From an uncultured Gemmatimonadales bacterium (GTDB lineage: Bacteria > Gemmatimonadota > Gemmatimonadetes > Longimicrobiales > Gaopeijiaceae): a DNA stretch of 64,000 bases. Under the pieces are notes generated by a model, which saw only the letters and a list, made by a program, of their open reading frames with translations, was not told the DNA's origin and searched no databases. Of the stretch, positions 42,100 to 54,000 are shown piece by piece. The translations under genes and the position numbers were made by a program. The stretch is taken from NCBI GenBank assembly GCA_963823035.1, contig CAWGKG010000020.1, positions 224,001 to 288,000 on the forward strand. Reading direction: 5' to 3'. How positions within the stretch are numbered: the first letter of the stretch is position 1; each line of letters opens with the position of its first letter.

Positions 42100-43096
42100 G
42101 TGAGCGCGAGGGGCATCCTCCTCGGCGCCGCGGCCGCCGTGGTGGCCGTGGTGCTGCTCGGTCCGCGCGCCCGCATGCACGGCGACGTACGGTCGGTGGA
42201 GGTACCTGCGGACGTGGACGCCTGGCTGCTCGCCTCCGAGGATTCGGTGCCCGGCATCCGCCCCGGCGACGGGAAGGAGGTCGTGTGGGCGCACGCCGAC
42301 CGGCGGGTCACGGAAGTGTCCGTGGTCTACCTGCACGGCTTCAGCGCCGATCGGCACGAGATCGCTCCCGTCCCCGCCGAGATCGCGCGGGCTCTCGACG
42401 CGAACGTGTTCTACACGCGCCTCAGCCGGCCATGGACGCGACGCGGCCGCGATGGGCGACGCCACCGCGCAGGAGTGGCTCCAGGACACGGAGGAGGCGC
42501 TGGCCGTGGGAGGGCGCATCGGCCGCCGCGTGCTGCTGATCGGCACGTCCACCGGCGGTACGCTGGCCACGTGGGCCGCGGCGCAGGAGCGGTGGCGCCC
42601 GGCTCTGCTCGCCGTGGTGCTGGTCTCCCCCAACTTCGGTGTGCGGGACGGTAGGGCGGACATGCTGCTGTGGCCGTGGGGCGGCCTCCTCGCCCGATGG
42701 GTCGCCGGTCCCGAGCGGTGCTTCGAGGCGGTCAACCCCGAGCATCGGAGGCACTGGACAACCTGCTATCCGACGCGGGCGCTCCTTCCGATGATGGCGC
42801 TGGTGGACCACGTGCGCTCCCTGGACCCGACCCGGATCGTGACGCCGGTGCTGGTGTTGTACTCGCCCGACGACGGCGTGGTCGATCCGGCCGCCACCGA
42901 GCGGGTCTTCGCGGGCTTCGCGTCTCGTATCAAGCGGATCGAGCCGGTGGAGGGGAGCGCCGAGGGCGAGCACCACGTGCTGGCCGGCGCCATCCTCTCG
43001 CCGGCCTACGACGACACCGTGGTGACCGACGTGCTGGACTTCGTACGGCCGCTGCGCCCGAAGCGAACCGAGAACGAGGCGGATACACTGCGATGA
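42100..43096 (+). CDS. Alpha/beta hydrolase (esterase/lysophospholipase-like), frameshift near 42430
   Basis: VYLHGFSA, IGTSTGG, SPDDGVV, HHVLAG. Confidence 0.85.
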
Positions 43097-43130
43097 ATCG
43101 AGAGCGCTCGCTGTACTGCGGAGACACGGC

Positions 43131-43724
43131 ATGACCGGGGCTACGGGACGTCCGACCGACGGGACACCGCCCGCCCTGCTGGACGACGGCTCGAACCCGC
43201 TGCGCCCCGAGGATCTCCTGCGCCGACTCGAGGAGCTCGGCATTCCGCACACGACGCACCGGCATCCGCCCGTCTTCACGGTGGAGGAGTCCCAGAAGCT
43301 GAAGGGCGATCTCCCCGGCGCGCACACCAAGAACCTCTTCGTTCGGGACAAGAAGGGCGCGATGTGGCTGCTGGTCGCCCTCTACGACCGCGACGTGGAC
43401 CTCCTCGCGCTCGCGAAGGCGCTGCGGCGCGTCCGGGCGGTTCTCCTTCGGAAGCGCCGAACGTCTGATGCGGTACCTCGGCGTCACGGCCGGGTCCGTC
43501 ACGCCCTTCGCGGCCGCGAACGACCACGGCGGAGCCGTCCGCATCGCGCTGGATTCGGGGCTGCGCGAGCACGAGCTGTGGAACGCGCATCCGCTCGACA
43601 ACGCGATGACGACCGCCGTCCGAGCCGAGGACATGCTGCGCTTCCTCGAGGCCGTGGACCACGCGCCGGTCTGGGTCGACGTAGGAAGGAGCCGCTGGGC
43701 CGTCGTACGACGACCCTCTTGTAG
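43131..43724 (+). CDS. YbaK/ProX-family aminoacyl-tRNA deacylase (frameshift near 43430; 3' end approximate)
   Basis: HPPVFTVEES, HTKNLFVRDKKG, LGVTAGSVTPF, NAHPLDNAMT. Confidence 0.85.
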   Translation: MTGATGRPTDGTPPALLDDGSNPLRPEDLLRRLEELGIPHTTHRHPPVFTVEESQKLKGDLPGAHTKNLFVRDKKGAMWLLVALYDRDVDLLALAKALRRVRAVLLRKRRTSDAVPRRHGRVRHALRGRERPRRSRPHRAGFGAARARAVERASARQRDDDRRPSRGHAALPRGRGPRAGLGRRRKEPLGRRTTTLL

Positions 43725-43772
43725 CCGGCACGGGTTGTCGCTAGCGTATTCATACCGAACAAACGGAACGGC

Positions 43773-43803
43773 CGCCGGCACCCCGCCTCGCAGGGTGCCG
43801 GCG
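43773..43803 (+). terminator. Hairpin between the proX-like and SET genes
   Basis: cgccggcaccc-N9-gggtgccggcg followed by tcttgtt. Confidence 0.5.
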
Positions 43804-43884
43804 TCTTGTTGGACGGGGGGCCCGCGGGGGCCCCCAGAGGCTCCGTCCTTGCGAGGGGGAGGGGGGCCTGACGAGAGAGCAGGC

Positions 43885-44310
43885 ATGCTGCGCGTGCCGA
43901 CCTTCGTGGCGCCCAGCCCCATCGCGGGGGTGGGCCTTTTTGCCGCCACGGACCTGCCCGCCGGAACGGTCATCTGGGAGTACACCGAGGGCGTCGACTG
44001 GCGAATCCCGCCCGAGGAGTTCGCGGGATTCCCGGAGCCCTACCGGTCCCGACTTCGCCACTACGTCTACGAGGAGGACTCGGGTTGGCTCGTCCTCTGC
44101 GGAGACAACGCGAAGTTCATGAACCACGCCGAGGCGCCCAACTGCGACGACCCCGAGGGGGAGTACACGGTCACCAACCGGCTCGTCCGCGCCGGGGAGG
44201 AGCTCACCTGCGACTATCGTACCTTCGATCGCGAGTCGCGCCTGGAGGGGATGCTCTTCACAGGGCACGAGGCGGACGGCACCGGCAACGGGCGGCTGCG
44301 AGCGGGCTGA
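43885..44310 (+). CDS. SET-domain protein (putative lysine methyltransferase)
   Basis: SPIAGVGLFA, FMNHAEAPNC, GEELTCDY. Confidence 0.9.
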   Translation: MLRVPTFVAPSPIAGVGLFAATDLPAGTVIWEYTEGVDWRIPPEEFAGFPEPYRSRLRHYVYEEDSGWLVLCGDNAKFMNHAEAPNCDDPEGEYTVTNRLVRAGEELTCDYRTFDRESRLEGMLFTGHEADGTGNGRLRAG

Positions 44311-44317
44311 TGCCCGC

Positions 44318-45850
44318 TCACCCGCGGCCTGGTCGACGGCCGTGGGGCCGGACCGTCAGACGGTCCGTGACCGGAGGCCTCCGGTCCTTCCAGGGACGAG
44401 CCCGCTCGAGCTGGCCCGCGAGCCGGAACAGGATGTCCTCGGCGCCGAAGCGACCGACCACGTGCACGCCCACCGGGAGGCCGGCCTCGTTCCACCAGAG
44501 GGGGACGGACATGGCGGGCTGTCCCGTCACGTTGAAGACGGGCGTCCACGGGATGAAGGAGAAGGCGTCCTTCGCGGCCTGGCCCAGGAGGCCGGCCCCC
44601 TTCACCAGCTTCCCCGAGCCGAAGAGCCCGAGCAGCGTGAGGATCCTCCGCTCCGCGGAGGACGGCCCGATCGCTCCGATCGCCGGAGGTGGTGAGGAGA
44701 GGGTGGGGGTGAGGAGGAGGTCGTAGCGCTCGAAGAAGGGACCGAGCTGCCGACCCGCGCGATCCAGCTGCCGTAGCGCCACGGCGTACTCGCGTGCGCT
44801 GAACGCCTTCGAGAGGAGTCCGAGCGCCCAGGTGGGCGCCTCACCGAGCCCCGCCTCGCCTTTCGCCCGGTCGTTCGCTCGTACTCGTCCAGGTCGGCGC
44901 CCAGCTCCGCCGCCACCATGGTGAGGAAGGCGCGCGCGAACGCTTCGCCGTCGAGCTCGGGCGTGGCCTCCTCGACGTCGTGGCCGAGTCCGGCGAGCAG
45001 CTGCGCCGCGTCCTGGACGGCGGCCACACAGTCCGGGTGGACCTCGGCCGGCAGCAGGGGATGCGCCGTCCACGCGATGCGCAGCCGACCGGGTGGCTGC
45101 TCCACCTCGGTGAGGTACGGGCGGGCGGGCGGTGGGATCTCGAAGGGCGCGCCCGCGTCGGGCCCGTGCGTGGCGTCGAGCATGGCGGCGCTGTCGCGCA
45201 CCGAGCGCGTCAGGACGTGCTCGACCACCGCGCCGCGCCAGAGCAGCCCGTAGTCGGGGCCGGTCGGCGTGCGGCCGCGCGTGGGCTTGAGGCCGAACAG
45301 CCCGCAGCACGACGCGGGGATACGGATCGATCCGCCCCCGTCTCCCCCTCCCGCCATCGGCACGATGCGCGCGGCCACGGCCGCGGCGGAGCCGCCGCTG
45401 GAGCCGCCGGGCGTGCGCCCCGTGTCCCACGGGTTGCGGCAAGGGCCGTACAGCTCGGACTCCGTGGTGGGCACGAGCCCCCACTCGGGGAGGTTCGTCT
45501 TGCCGAACACGACCAGCCCCGCCGCCTTCACGCGCCGGACGAGCTCGGTGTCGTGGTCGGCCTTCAGGCCCGCGAGCAGGCGGCTCGCGGCCGTGGTCGG
45601 GTGACCCGCGTACTGGCTGAGCAGGTCCTTCGCGAGGAAGGGGACGCCGGCGAAGGGCCCGGTCGGTGGGGCGAGCGCGGCGGCGCGGGCGTCCTCCTCC
45701 ATGAGGTGGACCACGGCGTTCAGCTCGGGATCGAGCGCGCCGCGTGCACTCGAGCGCCAGGTCGAGCAGCTCGTTCGCGGTCACGTCGCCGCGGCGGACC
45801 CGCTCGGCCAGGCCGAGGGCGTCGTGCTCGACGTACTCGTCGATCGTCAT
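44318..45850 (-). CDS. Amidase-signature family enzyme (frameshifted)
   Basis: [47 protein letters not shown]. Confidence 0.9.
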   Translation of the reverse strand: MTIDEYVEHDALGLAERVRRGDVTANELLDLALECTRRARSRAERRGPPHGGGRPRRRARPTDRALRRRPLPREGPAQPVRGSPDHGREPPARGPEGRPRHRARPAREGGGAGRVRQDEPPRVGARAHHGVRAVRPLPQPVGHGAHARRLQRRLRRGRGRAHRADGGRGRRGRIDPYPRVVLRAVRPQAHARPHADRPRLRAALARRGGRARPDALGARQRRHARRHARARRGRALRDPTARPPVPHRGGAATRSAAHRVDGASPAAGRGPPGLCGRRPGRGAAARRTRPRRRGGHARARRRSVRARLPHHGGGGAGRRPGRVRANDRAKGEAGLGEAPTWALGLLSKAFSAREYAVALRQLDRAGRQLGPFFERYDLLLTPTLSSPPPAIGAIGPSSAERRILTLLGLFGSGKLVKGAGLLGQAAKDAFSFIPWTPVFNVTGQPAMSVPLWWNEAGLPVGVHVVGRFGAEDILFRLAGQLERARPWKDRRPPVTDRLTVRPHGRRPGRG

Positions 45851-48165
45851 GGTCGGTCGGCTCCTCCGCCCACGGCGCGCTCCAGGTCCTGGAGCATCTG
45901 CCGGGACGGGGCGTGGTCCGGACGGAACTCCACCGCCCGTCGCGCGTGCGGCAGGGCGTCCGCGGGGCGCTCCAGCAGGATGTACACGCGCGCCAGCTCG
46001 AACTGGGCGGCACCCAGCCCGGGGTCCTCCTGCACGGCCGAGCGGTAGGCCTCGGCCGCGCCCTCCAGATCGCCGGCGCGCTGGCGCAGGTTGCCGAGGT
46101 TGAAGAGCGCCACGGCCTCGTGCGGATCGAGGGCCAGGGCGTGCCGATAGGCCTCCTCGGCGCCGCGCGTGTCACCGCCCCCCGAGAGCGCGATGCCGAG
46201 GTCGATCCATCCGAGCGGGTTGGCGGGGGCGGCCGCGAGGCTCTCCCGCAGGAGGCGCGCGGCCTCCGCGAAGTCGCCGGCGCCCGTGCGCAGCACCGCC
46301 TGGGCCTCGAGCACGTTCGCACTGCCGGGGCGGATCTCGAGCGCCTTGCGGTAGCCGGCGTCGCCGCGCGCGGCGTCTCCCGAGGCGCGGTAGTGGTCGC
46401 CGAGGAAGCCCAGCGCGAGGACCCAGCGGCCGCGAAGCGCGGCGTCGTCGGACGCGGAGTCGAGGGCCGCGACCAGGAGCCGGCGCACCTCCGGCACGTC
46501 GCCGCGCGCCCAGTGCAGGGAGGCGAGCGCAAGGGCGCGCACGTCCAGGTCGGAGGAGGCGGCCAGCGCCTCGAGCCGCTCGACCACCGGAGCCGGCAGC
46601 TCGGCGTCGGGGGCGAGGTAGCCCGTCAGGAGACGTCCGAGCGCCTTGAACTGCACGAGCGGGTCGTGCTGGTCGGGGCGAAGGAGGACGTCCGCCGCCT
46701 CCGTCACGTTCCGCGCGCGCAGCTCGTCGACCTGGCCCTGCACGAGCGGCCGGTGGGGCTTGAGCTCGCCCCACCACTGCTCTGCGTCGTGCTGCAGCTG
46801 CAGGGCGGTGCGGTCCTGGTGGCAGCCCGCGCACGCGCCCGTGATCCCGAGGTCGGCGTCGAAGGTCGGGCGCGGGACGGCGATCGTGTGGTCCGAGCGG
46901 GCGAACGGGATCTCCGGCCCCACTTCCGGATGCTGCAGGTAGGGCATGTGGCACGACACGCACCGGCTGGCCTCCGAACCGGCCGGATGGTGCGTGTGCG
47001 CCGCCGGGTCGATCCCCTTGGAGGGGTGGCAGGAGGTGCACTGGCCGTCGTCGTACGGCGACGGGAGCGGGCGACGGTTGGTGTCCCAGTAGCCCTGGCC
47101 GTGCGGCTCGTGGCAGCTGACGCAGTCCATCGGGCCCTGCAGGTAGCACGCGCTCGCGAGGTGGTTGGCCTGGTACGCGAACGTGCGCACGCGCCCGTCC
47201 GCGAAGTACGGCTCGTCGCCCAGGACCGGGAAGGAGAGCGCGTAGTAGTCCTCGAGCTTCTCGCCGGGGAGGTACCCCTCCCGCATCACGTCCTTGATCG
47301 CGTGGCACCGGAAGCAGACCTCGAGCGAGGCGTCCTTGTCGCGGTAGGCCAGCGACGCCAGGCCGATGTCTCCGCCCTCGGCGCCGGCCTTCGGCCCACG
47401 CGACGTGCCGCCGCGCGGGGCCGTGGCACGACTCGCAGTTCACGCGCAGCGTGGTGTACTCGGTCCGGTACGCGTGGGCGGCGGTGTCGAGCGCGGTGTG
47501 GATCTGGCTGCCGTGGCATTCCTGGCAGTTCGCGAAGCGGTCGACCGTTCCGATGGGACGCACGGGCGGCCAATCGCCGCAGTCCGCCAGGCGCATCTCC
47601 CGCGAGATGGGAAGCCACCCACGGTTCAGGCGGCTCCCCGTGTTGCAGAACCACGCGCGCCTCCCCTTCGACCAGTCCCAGGGGAGGAAGCGCTGCGTGC
47701 CGTCGGGCATGCTGGTCAGGAACCCCTGCGTGCCGCCGCCGAGCATGTGTCCGCGCCCGATCACCCCGGCCACCCGGAACACCACCTCGTCGAAGTGGTC
47801 CTGGCGCACGACGAACTCGTAGGCGCCCGCGCGGACCGCGGGCACCACCACGCCGTCCGCGAAACGGATCGGCGTGCCGTCGAAGGGCGCGATCACCACG
47901 TCCGGGCCGGGCTCGCCGCCCGCGCGCCCGTGCGTGGAGCGCGCCCACGCGGGGTACTGCTCGGCGTGGCACGCCGGAGCACGCCTCGGAGCCGACGAAG
48001 TCCGCGCGGGACACCGTGGGCGGGGCGGCCGAGCGGGGGCGCGGGGAAGGGGAGGAGCGCCGTGAAGTCGGGCGGCGATCGCCCCCGCAGGAGGCGACGG
48101 CCAGCGGGAGGATCGCCGCGGCCACGCGGCGAGCGCCATCGACGCTCGGCGCGGATGGCCCTCAC
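45847..48165 (-). CDS. Multiheme (8 CxxCH) cytochrome c with C-terminal TPR repeats (frameshifted; start approximate)
   Basis: CSACH (across an indel), CQECH, CESCH, CFRCH, CVSCH, CTSCH, CVSCH, CAGCH; TPR-like AYRHALALDP repeats; possible lipobox VASC. Confidence 0.82.
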
Positions 48166-49513
48166 GGGCGGCTCCGCCGGCCGTCGCTCGACCATGCCGG
48201 CGCGCTGCACGAGCACAGCGTCGCGGATGTAGGCCACCAGGTCGCGCACCTCGTCGGCGCCGAGCATCCCGCCGAAGGCCGGCATGCGCGGGCTGCCGTC
48301 CAGGACCCACGCGCCCGCCCAGATCCCGTCGAAGAGCGTGTCGTCCGGCCGGGCCGACATGCGTGCCGAGTCGGCGTGCACGGCCGGTTGGACCGGGAGC
48401 GCTCCCCGCGTTCCACCCGTTCCCCGACCCTCCGCGCCGTGGCAGGCGGAGCAGTGGCGCGCGTAGAGCCGCGCGCCGCGCGTCGTGTCGCCCGGCGTCT
48501 TCCAGGCGCGGTGCTCGGGGTCCACGAGCGACGCGCGCTCGGGCGCGCGGCGCGCGCGTCCGGCGTCGAGGAGGTAGCGCGCGAGCCGCGCGGCCTCGCG
48601 CGGCGGCATCGCCTGCGGCGGCATCGGGCTTCCCGGTGCCGCGCGCGGCGGGTCGAGGATCATCTCGAGCACGAAGGAGGGTCGAGCCGCTCGCCGAGGC
48701 CGTCGAGGGCGGGGCCGATGCACCGCCCTCGTCGCCGACCCGGTGGCACCCGAGGCAGGCCAGCCGGTCTTCGAGCATCCTGTGCGTTCGCTCGGCCTCG
48801 AAGGGGGTCAGGCGTGCGGTGTCGAGGGTGGCGAAGCGGGCGCCCAGGCCGTCGAGCCAGGTGGAGAGGGCGCCGTCACCTCCCGCGGTGAGGCGGAAGT
48901 CGGGCATGCGTGCGGCGCCGAGGGTGGGGTGGCCGTCGCCCCGCACGGCGGCGGGGCTCGCGAGGAACCCGCGCAGCCAGCCGTCCCGGGCCCGCACGCC
49001 CTCACGGGCGAGGTCCGGTCCCTCGATGGGCGCCGCACCCTCGACGCCGGCGTGGCAGCCGGCGCAGCCCAGCGCGGAGAAGATCCGGCGGCCCGCTTCG
49101 GCGTCGGCGTCGGGGTGACGGCTCCGTGCCGCGGCGAGCGCGCCGGACGGCTCCGGGGCGAACCCAGCAGGAGGGCGAGCGCGACCCGCTCTGCCTCGTC
49201 GAGCCGGAAGTCCGGCATGCGGGAGCGGCCGATGTCGTCACGGCGCCGCACCGGGATCGCCCAGCCACGCGAAGACGAAGTCCCGGGCAGGGCGGGGCCG
49301 CCTCCGCTCCGAGGGCCGGCGCGCGGCTGCGCACGCGGTCGGGTCCCGGGATCCCGCCGTGACATGCGCCGCAGCCCAACTCCGCCGCGAGGGCGCTGCC
49401 CGTCCTCCTGAGGAGGGGGGCGCGGGCGGAGGCGGCGGTGCCGTGGACGGCGGTCGTCCGGCCCCCAGGAGGGCGGGCAGGAGCAGGGCCCGGGTGGCCG
49501 GGGAAGAGAGCAT
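48162..49513 (-). CDS. Tetraheme cytochrome c made of class I-like domains (frameshifted)
   Basis: CGACH, CAGCH, CLGCH, CSACH, each followed by a Met-Pro motif (RMPDF, RMPDF, PMPP, RMPAF). Confidence 0.75.
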
Positions 49514-49520
49514 GGGGGCA

Positions 49521-49548
49521 ACCCTCGGCGCCGCGCCCGCGGTGTCAA
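49521..49548 (-). promoter_or_regulatory. Candidate sigma70 promoter for the cytochrome operon, likely leaderless
   Basis: Perfect TTGACA (49548-49543) -16 bp- GAGGGT, ATG 7 nt later. Confidence 0.4.
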
Positions 49549-49622
49549 GGAGGGGTGGTGCCGACGCCGCGAGGTGGCGACCGTGCGGAGGTGAATGCCG
49601 CGCATCCAGGCGAGGAGGGGCG

Positions 49623-49946
49623 TTGGGAATCGAAGCAGGCAGGCCGGTGAAGCTGGAGGGGCTGGCGGACTACCAGGACGGCTCGGTGGTGAGTCGGCAG
49701 CTCGTGAAGAACGGCTCGGGGTCGGTGACCGTCTTCGCCTTCGACGCGGGCGAGGGGCTCAGCGAACACACCACGCCGCACGACGCGCTCCTGATGGTGC
49801 TGGACGGGCGCGCGGACGTGACCGTGCTCGGCGCGACGCACGTGGTGCGCGCGGGCGAGGTCATCCTCCTCCCGGGCGGCGAGCCGCACGCGGTGGCGGC
49901 GCCGGAGCGCTTCACGATGGCGCTCGTGATGCTCAAGAACGGCTGA
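49623..49946 (+). CDS. Cupin domain protein
   Basis: YQDGSVVSRQL, VTVFAFDAGEGLSEHTTP, PHAV; GAGGAG SD before TTG. Confidence 0.88.
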   Translation: MGIEAGRPVKLEGLADYQDGSVVSRQLVKNGSGSVTVFAFDAGEGLSEHTTPHDALLMVLDGRADVTVLGATHVVRAGEVILLPGGEPHAVAAPERFTMALVMLKNG

Positions 49947-49952
49947 GCGCCC

Positions 49953-52656
49953 CTACTCCGCCCGCAGGACGTGGATCGGGTCGGTGCGTGAGGCCCGCTC
50001 GGCGGGCACGAGCGACGCGAGCGCCGCCACCCCCAGGAACAGCAGCCGCGACCGAGCGAGCGCGACCGGGTCGAACGGGCCGACCCCGTAGAGCGCGGCG
50101 GCCGCGGCCCGAGCCAGCGCCACCGCCGCCACCAGCCCGATGGGGAGCCCGATCGCGGTGAGGCGGATGCCGTCGCCGACGACGACGCGCCGGATGTCCG
50201 CCCGCGTGGCGCCCAGCGCGATGCGCACGCCGATCTCGCGGCGGCGCTGCGCGACCGAGTACGCGATCAGCCCGTAGATGCCCAGCGCGGCCAGCAGGAG
50301 GGCGCCCGCGCCGAAGGCTCCCAGGAAGACGGAGCCGATGCCCCACTGGAGCAGGTTCTCGCCCACCACGGCGGTCATCGGGCGCACGTTGGCGGGCAGG
50401 TCCGGCTCGGCCTCAGGAGCGCCGCGCGCACGGCCGGGACCACCGCCGACGGGCGCGCCGGTCGGTACGCGCCAGGAGGAAGTAGCGGCGTCCGGCCGCC
50501 TGACCGGTGGGCGGTAGAGCTCGAGCCCGGCGTCGCGTCGGACAGGTCCGCTGGCGCGCGTCGCCGACCACGCCGACGACGCGGTAGCGGTCGACTGCTC
50601 CGCGCTCGTCGCCGGCGAGGAGCGTGCGTCCCAGGGCGCTCCCTCCCGGCCAGAGCCGCCGTGCCAGGCTCCGTCCGACCACGGCCACGGGCTCGGCGCC
50701 CGCGTCCGTCCGCCGTCCGTGAAGACCCGGCCCTCGAGGACGCGGCATGCCCATGGTCCGCGAAGTAGCCGGGGTGCACGTCGTTCTCGACGGCGAGGGG
50801 CCACTCCTCCGTGGGCGTGCCCGCCTCTCGGGCGGGGCCACCTGCCAGGTGAACAGCTCGTGGTTGAGCGGGAGCCAGGCCGACGCCGACGCGGCGGCGA
50901 CCCCGGGCGCGCGCGCGAGCGCCGCGACCGCGCCGGTCGAGCCAGGCCGAGCGCTCCGCCGCGGTCGGGTACTCCGTCGGCGGGCAGCGTGAGCTCCGCC
51001 GTCACGACGCGGCCGGCGTCGAAGCCGAGGTCGACGCTCTGCACGGAGGCGAGGCTCCGCAGCATGAGCGCGGCGCCGGTCGTCAGCACGACGGCGAGCG
51101 CCACCTGGGCGACCACGAGCGCACGTCGGACCCGGGAGGTGCCGCACGCCCGCGGAGCCGCGCGCCTCCGCGTTCATCCGCGCCCGATCCCGGCGCGCGA
51201 GGCCGTCAGTGCGGGCCAGAGCCCGAACGCCACGGGCGTGGCCAACGTCACGGCCAGGGAGAAGGCGAGCACCGTGCCGTCCATGTCGATGCGCCCGACC
51301 CGGTAGAGGTCCTCGGGGAGCACCGGGCCGATGAGCCCGGTGGCCCACGAGGACAGGAGCACGCCCGCGGCACCCCCCGACCAGCGCGAGGACGAGGCTC
51401 TCCGTCAGGAGCTGGCGCACGATGCGTCCCCGCGGGGCGCCCAGCGCGACGCCCGCACCGCGACCTCGCGGGCCCGGCCGCTGCCGCGGGCGAGCGTGAG
51501 GCTGGCCACGTTCACGCACGCGATCAGGAGCACGAAGGCGACCGCGCCCAGGAGGATCGCGGAAGCGAGATCGACAGCACGTCCCAGGCGAAGTTGAGCG
51601 CCTCGCGCAGCGGCTTCACGGTCACGCCGGACATGCGGCCGTCGGCGTCGGGGTAGCGCGCGGCCAGCTCGGCCTGGATGCCGGCGAGCTCGGCCCGTGC
51701 CCGCTCGCGCGTCCATCCTGGCGCTCAGCCGCCCGACGATCTGCAGGTTCATGCGGCCGCGGTCGGCCACGCGGGTCCTCCTGGATCGGCAGCCAGAGCG
51801 CGCGCGCTGCCGAAGGGGAAGATGAAGCCGCGCCGGCATGACGCCCACGACCGTGCGCTGCACGCCGTCCAGCGTGATCGGCGCGGCCGAGGATCGCCGG
51901 GATCGCGCGCCGTAGCGCCGGCGCCAGAGGCCTCGCTGAGCAGGACCACGGGTCGCCGCCCGGGCGGCCCTCCTCGGGGAGGAAGCCTCGGCCCAGGACG
52001 GGCTCCGCCGCGAGCACGTCGCCGAAGAGGTTCGCGGTGACGCGGGCGTACTGGACCCGCTCGGGCCCCTCGGTCGCCGGTCAGGTTGCCGGCGCCGTAG
52101 CTGTACGCGCCCAGCGCCGCTGAAGGCGTGCGCTGCGCGCCTTCCAGTCCGCGACCTGCGGCCAGGAGAAGCGGTCCATGTCCCAGCCGGTGACCGGGTT
52201 CGCCTGGTTCACCTGGACGAGCGCGTCCGGCTGCCCCGTAGGGGAGGGGGCGCAGCAGGTAGGGGCGCATCGCGCTGAAGATCGTCGTGTTCGCGGCGAC
52301 CCCGAACGCGAGCGTCGCGACGACCAGCGCGCGCGTATCCCGGGGGACTTCCGGATCGACCTCAAGCGCGTACCGCACGTCGCTCGCCAGCAGTCGTCGA
52401 TCGACATGGCTCTCCTCTCCTCCCGTCCCATCTGCGTGTCTGCACGTCGCGCAGTACGCCCGCGTGCCCTCGAGGTCGCCGAAGCGGCGCAGCGCCTCGC
52501 GCGCGCGCTTCCTCCGGGCGACCATCCCTCCTGCCACCAGCTCCTCCTCCGCCTCCTCGAGGTGGAAGGCGAGCTCCTCGTCCACCGACGCGTGCGCGCG
52601 TCCGCGGGCGAGCGCGCGGTCCAGGCGGAACGGCGCGCCTGGGCTTCCGCGCGCAT
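49953..52656 (-). CDS. ADOP-type duplicated ABC permease (many frameshifts)
   Basis: VDEELAFHLE, TLAFGVAANTTIFS, LLIACVNVASL, REIGVRIALGA, DPIHVLRAE. Confidence 0.8.
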
Positions 52657-52659
52657 CGC

Positions 52660-53009
52660 TCAGCTCCCGCTCCCCTGGCGGGCTCGAGGATGCGGAAGAC
52701 GGCCGCCGGCGTAGCTCCGCCAGAAGCTCGGCTTCGCGCGCGAGCTGTCGTTCGCCCGGCGCGGGTGAGGCGGTAGAACTTCGCGCGCTTCCCCTTCTCG
52801 GAGATGCCCCACTCGGCCTCCACCCATCCGCTCTCCTCCATGCGGTGCAGCGCCTGGTAGAGCGCCGCGTCCTGGAGCTCGAGGACGCCGTCGGAGCGCG
52901 CCCGGATGGAGCGGGACACCGCGAAGCCGTGAAGGGGCCCGGCGTGAGCGTCTGCAGGATCACCAGGTCGACCGTGCCGGGAAGGAGCCCGCGGTGTGAA
53001 TCGGGCCAT
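52660..53009 (-). CDS. PadR-family regulator (frameshifted)
   Basis: GTVDLVILQTL, HGFAV, AALYQALHRME, EWGISEKGKRAKFY. Confidence 0.85.
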
Positions 53010-53071
53010 TCGATGTCGATCCTGCTGCGGAGGGACGGCGCCCGGTCGGTCGCCGGGCCGGTCGCCGGTCG

Positions 53072-53092
53072 TTACCTCACTTGGTGAGGTAA
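53072..53092. promoter_or_regulatory. Perfect palindrome upstream of the second padR; candidate operator
   Basis: ttacctcac-ttg-gtgaggtaa. Confidence 0.6.
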
Positions 53093-53248
53093 TGCATGCG
53101 AGTCCGACTACGCGCGAGGCGGAGTGCGGGGTTTCACAGGGCGACGGCCTCGAGGCCACGCGGCGGGCGGGAGCCTCACGGCGGAACCGCGTGCGGCCGC
53201 CCGGGGTTCGGGTCGGCCGCTGCCTTCCGCCACCTTCCCTCGACGGCC

Positions 53249-54000
53249 ATGGTCATCTCCCTCGCCTACGACGCTCCACCTTCTGGCGCAGGCCGGGCAG
53301 CAGGGCGGCCTGGCGGACTCGCTTTCCACGAGCCCGCTGGTCGCGCTCGCCACCCTCTTCGGTGCGGGCGTGCTCACGAGCCTCACGCCCTGCGTCTACC
53401 CGATGATCCCGATCACCGCGTCGGTGATCGCGGGCACGGCGCGGGAGGGCCAGAGCCGCGGGCGCACCGTGGGCCTCACGCTGACGTACGCCGTCGGACT
53501 GGCCACGCTCTACGCGCTCCTCGGCACGCTGGCCGGGGTGAGCGGATCGCTCTTCGGGGCGGTGAGCGCGAGCCCCTGGGCGCTCGCCGCCATCGGCAAC
53601 CTCCTCGTGCTGTTCGCGCTCGCGATGCTCGACGTGCTCCCCGTGCCGGTGCCGCGCGCGGCTCATGCGTGGGCGGGGACCCGGCAGGGCGGGTCGTACG
53701 GGGCCGTGTTCGTGCTCGGCGCCACTTCGGGCGTGGTGGCCGCGCCCTGCGGCGCGCCGGCGTTCGCCGTGGTCCTCACCTGGGTGGCGGCCACGGCAGG
53801 CCGGCCTCATGGGCTTCGTCTACCTCTTCGTCTTCTCGCTCGGGATGACCGCGCTCCTCGTGGTCGTCGGCCTCTTCTCGGGAACCCTGACGCTCCTCCC
53901 GCGTTCGGGTAGGTGGATGGTGTGGGTCAAGCGCGCCGCCGCGGTGCTCATGTTCGCGATGGCCGAGTACTACTTCATGAAGGCGGGATACAACCTGTGA
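53249..54000 (+). CDS. CcdA/DsbD transmembrane thiol-disulfide transporter (frameshifted)
   Basis: LTSLTPCVYPMIP and APCGAP redox cysteines; multiple TM helices. Confidence 0.88.

Noticed and set aside
43468..44310. ProX-SET fusion
   Set aside because: The linker is non-coding-like and contains a terminator-like hairpin; likely a frameshift artefact.
44980..48891. 1303-aa plus-strand ORF and similar long ORFs (55570..58347, 19567..21807)
   Set aside because: Antisense shadows of real genes in high-GC DNA; low-complexity Arg/Gly/Ala content, no motifs.
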